This document shows, piece after piece, positions 62,148-64,000 of a stretch of DNA of 64,000 bases (position 1 is its first letter; each line of letters begins with the position of its first letter). The notes below the pieces were generated by a model that ran no database searches, was not told the origin of the DNA, and worked only from the letters and a program-made list of their open reading frames with translations. The stretch is from Octopus sinensis (lineage: Eukaryota): the NCBI RefSeq assembly GCF_006345805.1, contig NC_043013.1:49414001-49478000 (forward strand). The letters run 5' to 3'. The position numbers were made by a program, and so were the translations under genes.

Positions 62148-62901
62148 GATATGAAATTAAATAAATGATAAAGGAACACGAAATTAAGCAATGCACTTCA
62201 TAGTCTTACAGTTGTTTCTTTTATAAGATGATGCATCAGCACTCAGCCCTTTGTATTTTTATTTAAAAGCATTGCTTACCTGTCAAGGTAAGTAAAATTG
62301 AGGACATAAAAGTGTGTCTTTTCTGCACATCTCCCTCCCCCACATCCCATCTTCATAACGCCCCCCACCCCCACCTTCCCCATCCACAGAAGCTGCTGCA
62401 TATATTATTTCTTTTAACATTAATGTCTGCTTCTGTTGTAATTAAATCTATGATATTCAGAATTGGGGTTTTTTTTTATTGTTGTTGTTATCTTATCATT
62501 GAGTCTATTTTTTTGAATTTGCTTTTGTTGGTCAATAGTAAGTTCTACAGTTTTCAAATCTTGAATTACGACTCAATTTCAAATTATCATAACAATGGTT
62601 TCCAATTTCAGAATTTCCAATTTTTAAGTCCACTTCACATTCCTTTCCATTTCTATTTTTGTTTCTGTTGTCCTGGTTTGGTGTCTTTTTTTTTTTTGTT
62701 CATTGTTGTGCACTCCTTGGGTTTGTGGTGTTTCGTTACTCCCTTTGTGTTGCACATGTTAGCTCTGTTGCAGTATTTTACAGTCTCAGTACTTCTATTG
62801 TTGCTAAGTATTATGTGACCAATATTTGTGTTTTCATAACGTATTCTTTCTTTACAAATGTTCAATTTCAATTCCTGATTCATTTTTTTTTTCAAGAATT
62901 T

Positions 62902-63082
62902 GGGCATAGGAGTGGCTATGTCATAAATAGCTTGCTTACCAACCACATGGTTCCGGGTTCTGTCCCACTGCATGGCACCTTGGGCAAGTGTCTTCTACTA
63001 TAGCCTTGGGCTGACCAAAGCCTTGTGAGTGGATTTGGTAGACGGAAACTGAAAGAAGCCCATTGTATATATGCATATATAT

Positions 63083-63133
<51 letters not shown>

Positions 63134-63317
63134 TGTGTCTGTGTTTGTCACCCAACATCGCTTGACAATGTTTACGTCCCCCGTAACTTAGCAGTTCAGC
63201 AAAAGAGACTGATAGAATAAGTACTAGGCTTACAAGGAGTAAGCGCTGGGGTCGATTTGCTTGACTAAAGGCGGTGCTCCAGCATGGCCACAGTCAAATG
63301 ACTGAAACAAGTAAAAG
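62902..63317 (+). mobile_element. SINE family A copy, opposite orientation
   Basis: Full-length on + strand; partial - copies at 57001-57162, 3392-3550 and 34920-35070. Confidence 0.88.
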
Positions 63318-64000
63318 GAAAATTTACTTTCCAAAACAATTATATTTTGGAGAATACTCGAATAAAAGTGTTCATGCCAATGATAATAGGAGAAACTTTA
63401 TTTGCTGTAACCCAGGGTGATGACCACACAAAAATAGAAATGAAAAAAATCCAGAAAATGTCAATAGTAGTTGATGTTGAGAAACTGGTAACTGTTGAAA
63501 GTCAAGTAGTATGAATAGATGAAGAGGTGGGCTGTCATGGTTATATGAAAGTAGCAAGATAAGAAAAGAATAAAACAGAGAATGTCAAAAGCTTCATGAA
63601 GTAGTAACAATAAAAATCCAGTATTATTGTAAACCTCATGTATTTTGATGGAAACAAAGGAAATTGGATACGCATGTAGTTGCAATCGTGAAATCAGTTC
63701 TGGAAGTGCACATGGTTTTCTATCAAAGAATCAAATGGTGTTGGAAGTTGGTTTCTTTCTGATGACTGCTGGGGGTCATTTCTGCTGCTGCAACAGCCAC
63801 AACCACCACTACTACTACAACTAATACTTAAGCCATCACAGCTACTTCTACTAGTGAGACAGATATAGTGACAACTAATACTGCTACTATACAAGTATAG
63901 TGAAGTGAATGTTAAATAGTAAAGATAACAATGTATGCATGCATGTGTATGTATATATATATATATAATGTATATATATATTTACATCTAATATAGGATA

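Noticed and set aside
62312-62818. 168-aa hydrophobic ORF
   Set aside because: Low-complexity T-rich intronic sequence with a GTG start and no recognisable domain

Overview
AT-rich, microsatellite- and TE-dense animal genomic DNA. The SINE families and (TA)n/(CATA)n load suggest an Octopus (coleoid cephalopod) genome; this is an inference. Nearly all entries in the six-frame ORF track are microsatellite or SINE artefacts. The real content is one split gene on the minus strand: a triple-KH poly(rC)-binding protein (PCBP/hnRNP E/mub family). I reconstructed nine GT-AG coding exons by hand (24, 33, 117, 120, 129, 117, 79, 160 and 120 nt; 56069 down to 9693; about 299 codons; consistent phases). 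The first coding exon lies beyond 64000 and the terminal exon is unresolved. The introns hold decayed Tc1/mariner, hAT and piggyBac-type MITEs, RTE, CR1 and R4/Dong LINEs, Penelope-like (GIY-YIG) remnants and several tRNA-derived SINE families. The most interesting unannotated signals: (1) a cluster of minimal hammerhead-ribozyme motifs in retrozyme-like repeats inside the 24.4-kb intron, one on the pre-mRNA strand; (2) several candidate regulated exons, namely a 21-nt in-frame microexon with a downstream TGCATG, a possible poison exon created by local duplication of an acceptor, two stop-containing cassettes, and C-rich tandem acceptors that could be PCBP autoregulatory targets; (3) an AG|GTAAG site folded into a hairpin with a U1-like sequence; (4) inverted repeats that could drive dsRNA editing or frame-preserving circRNAs.
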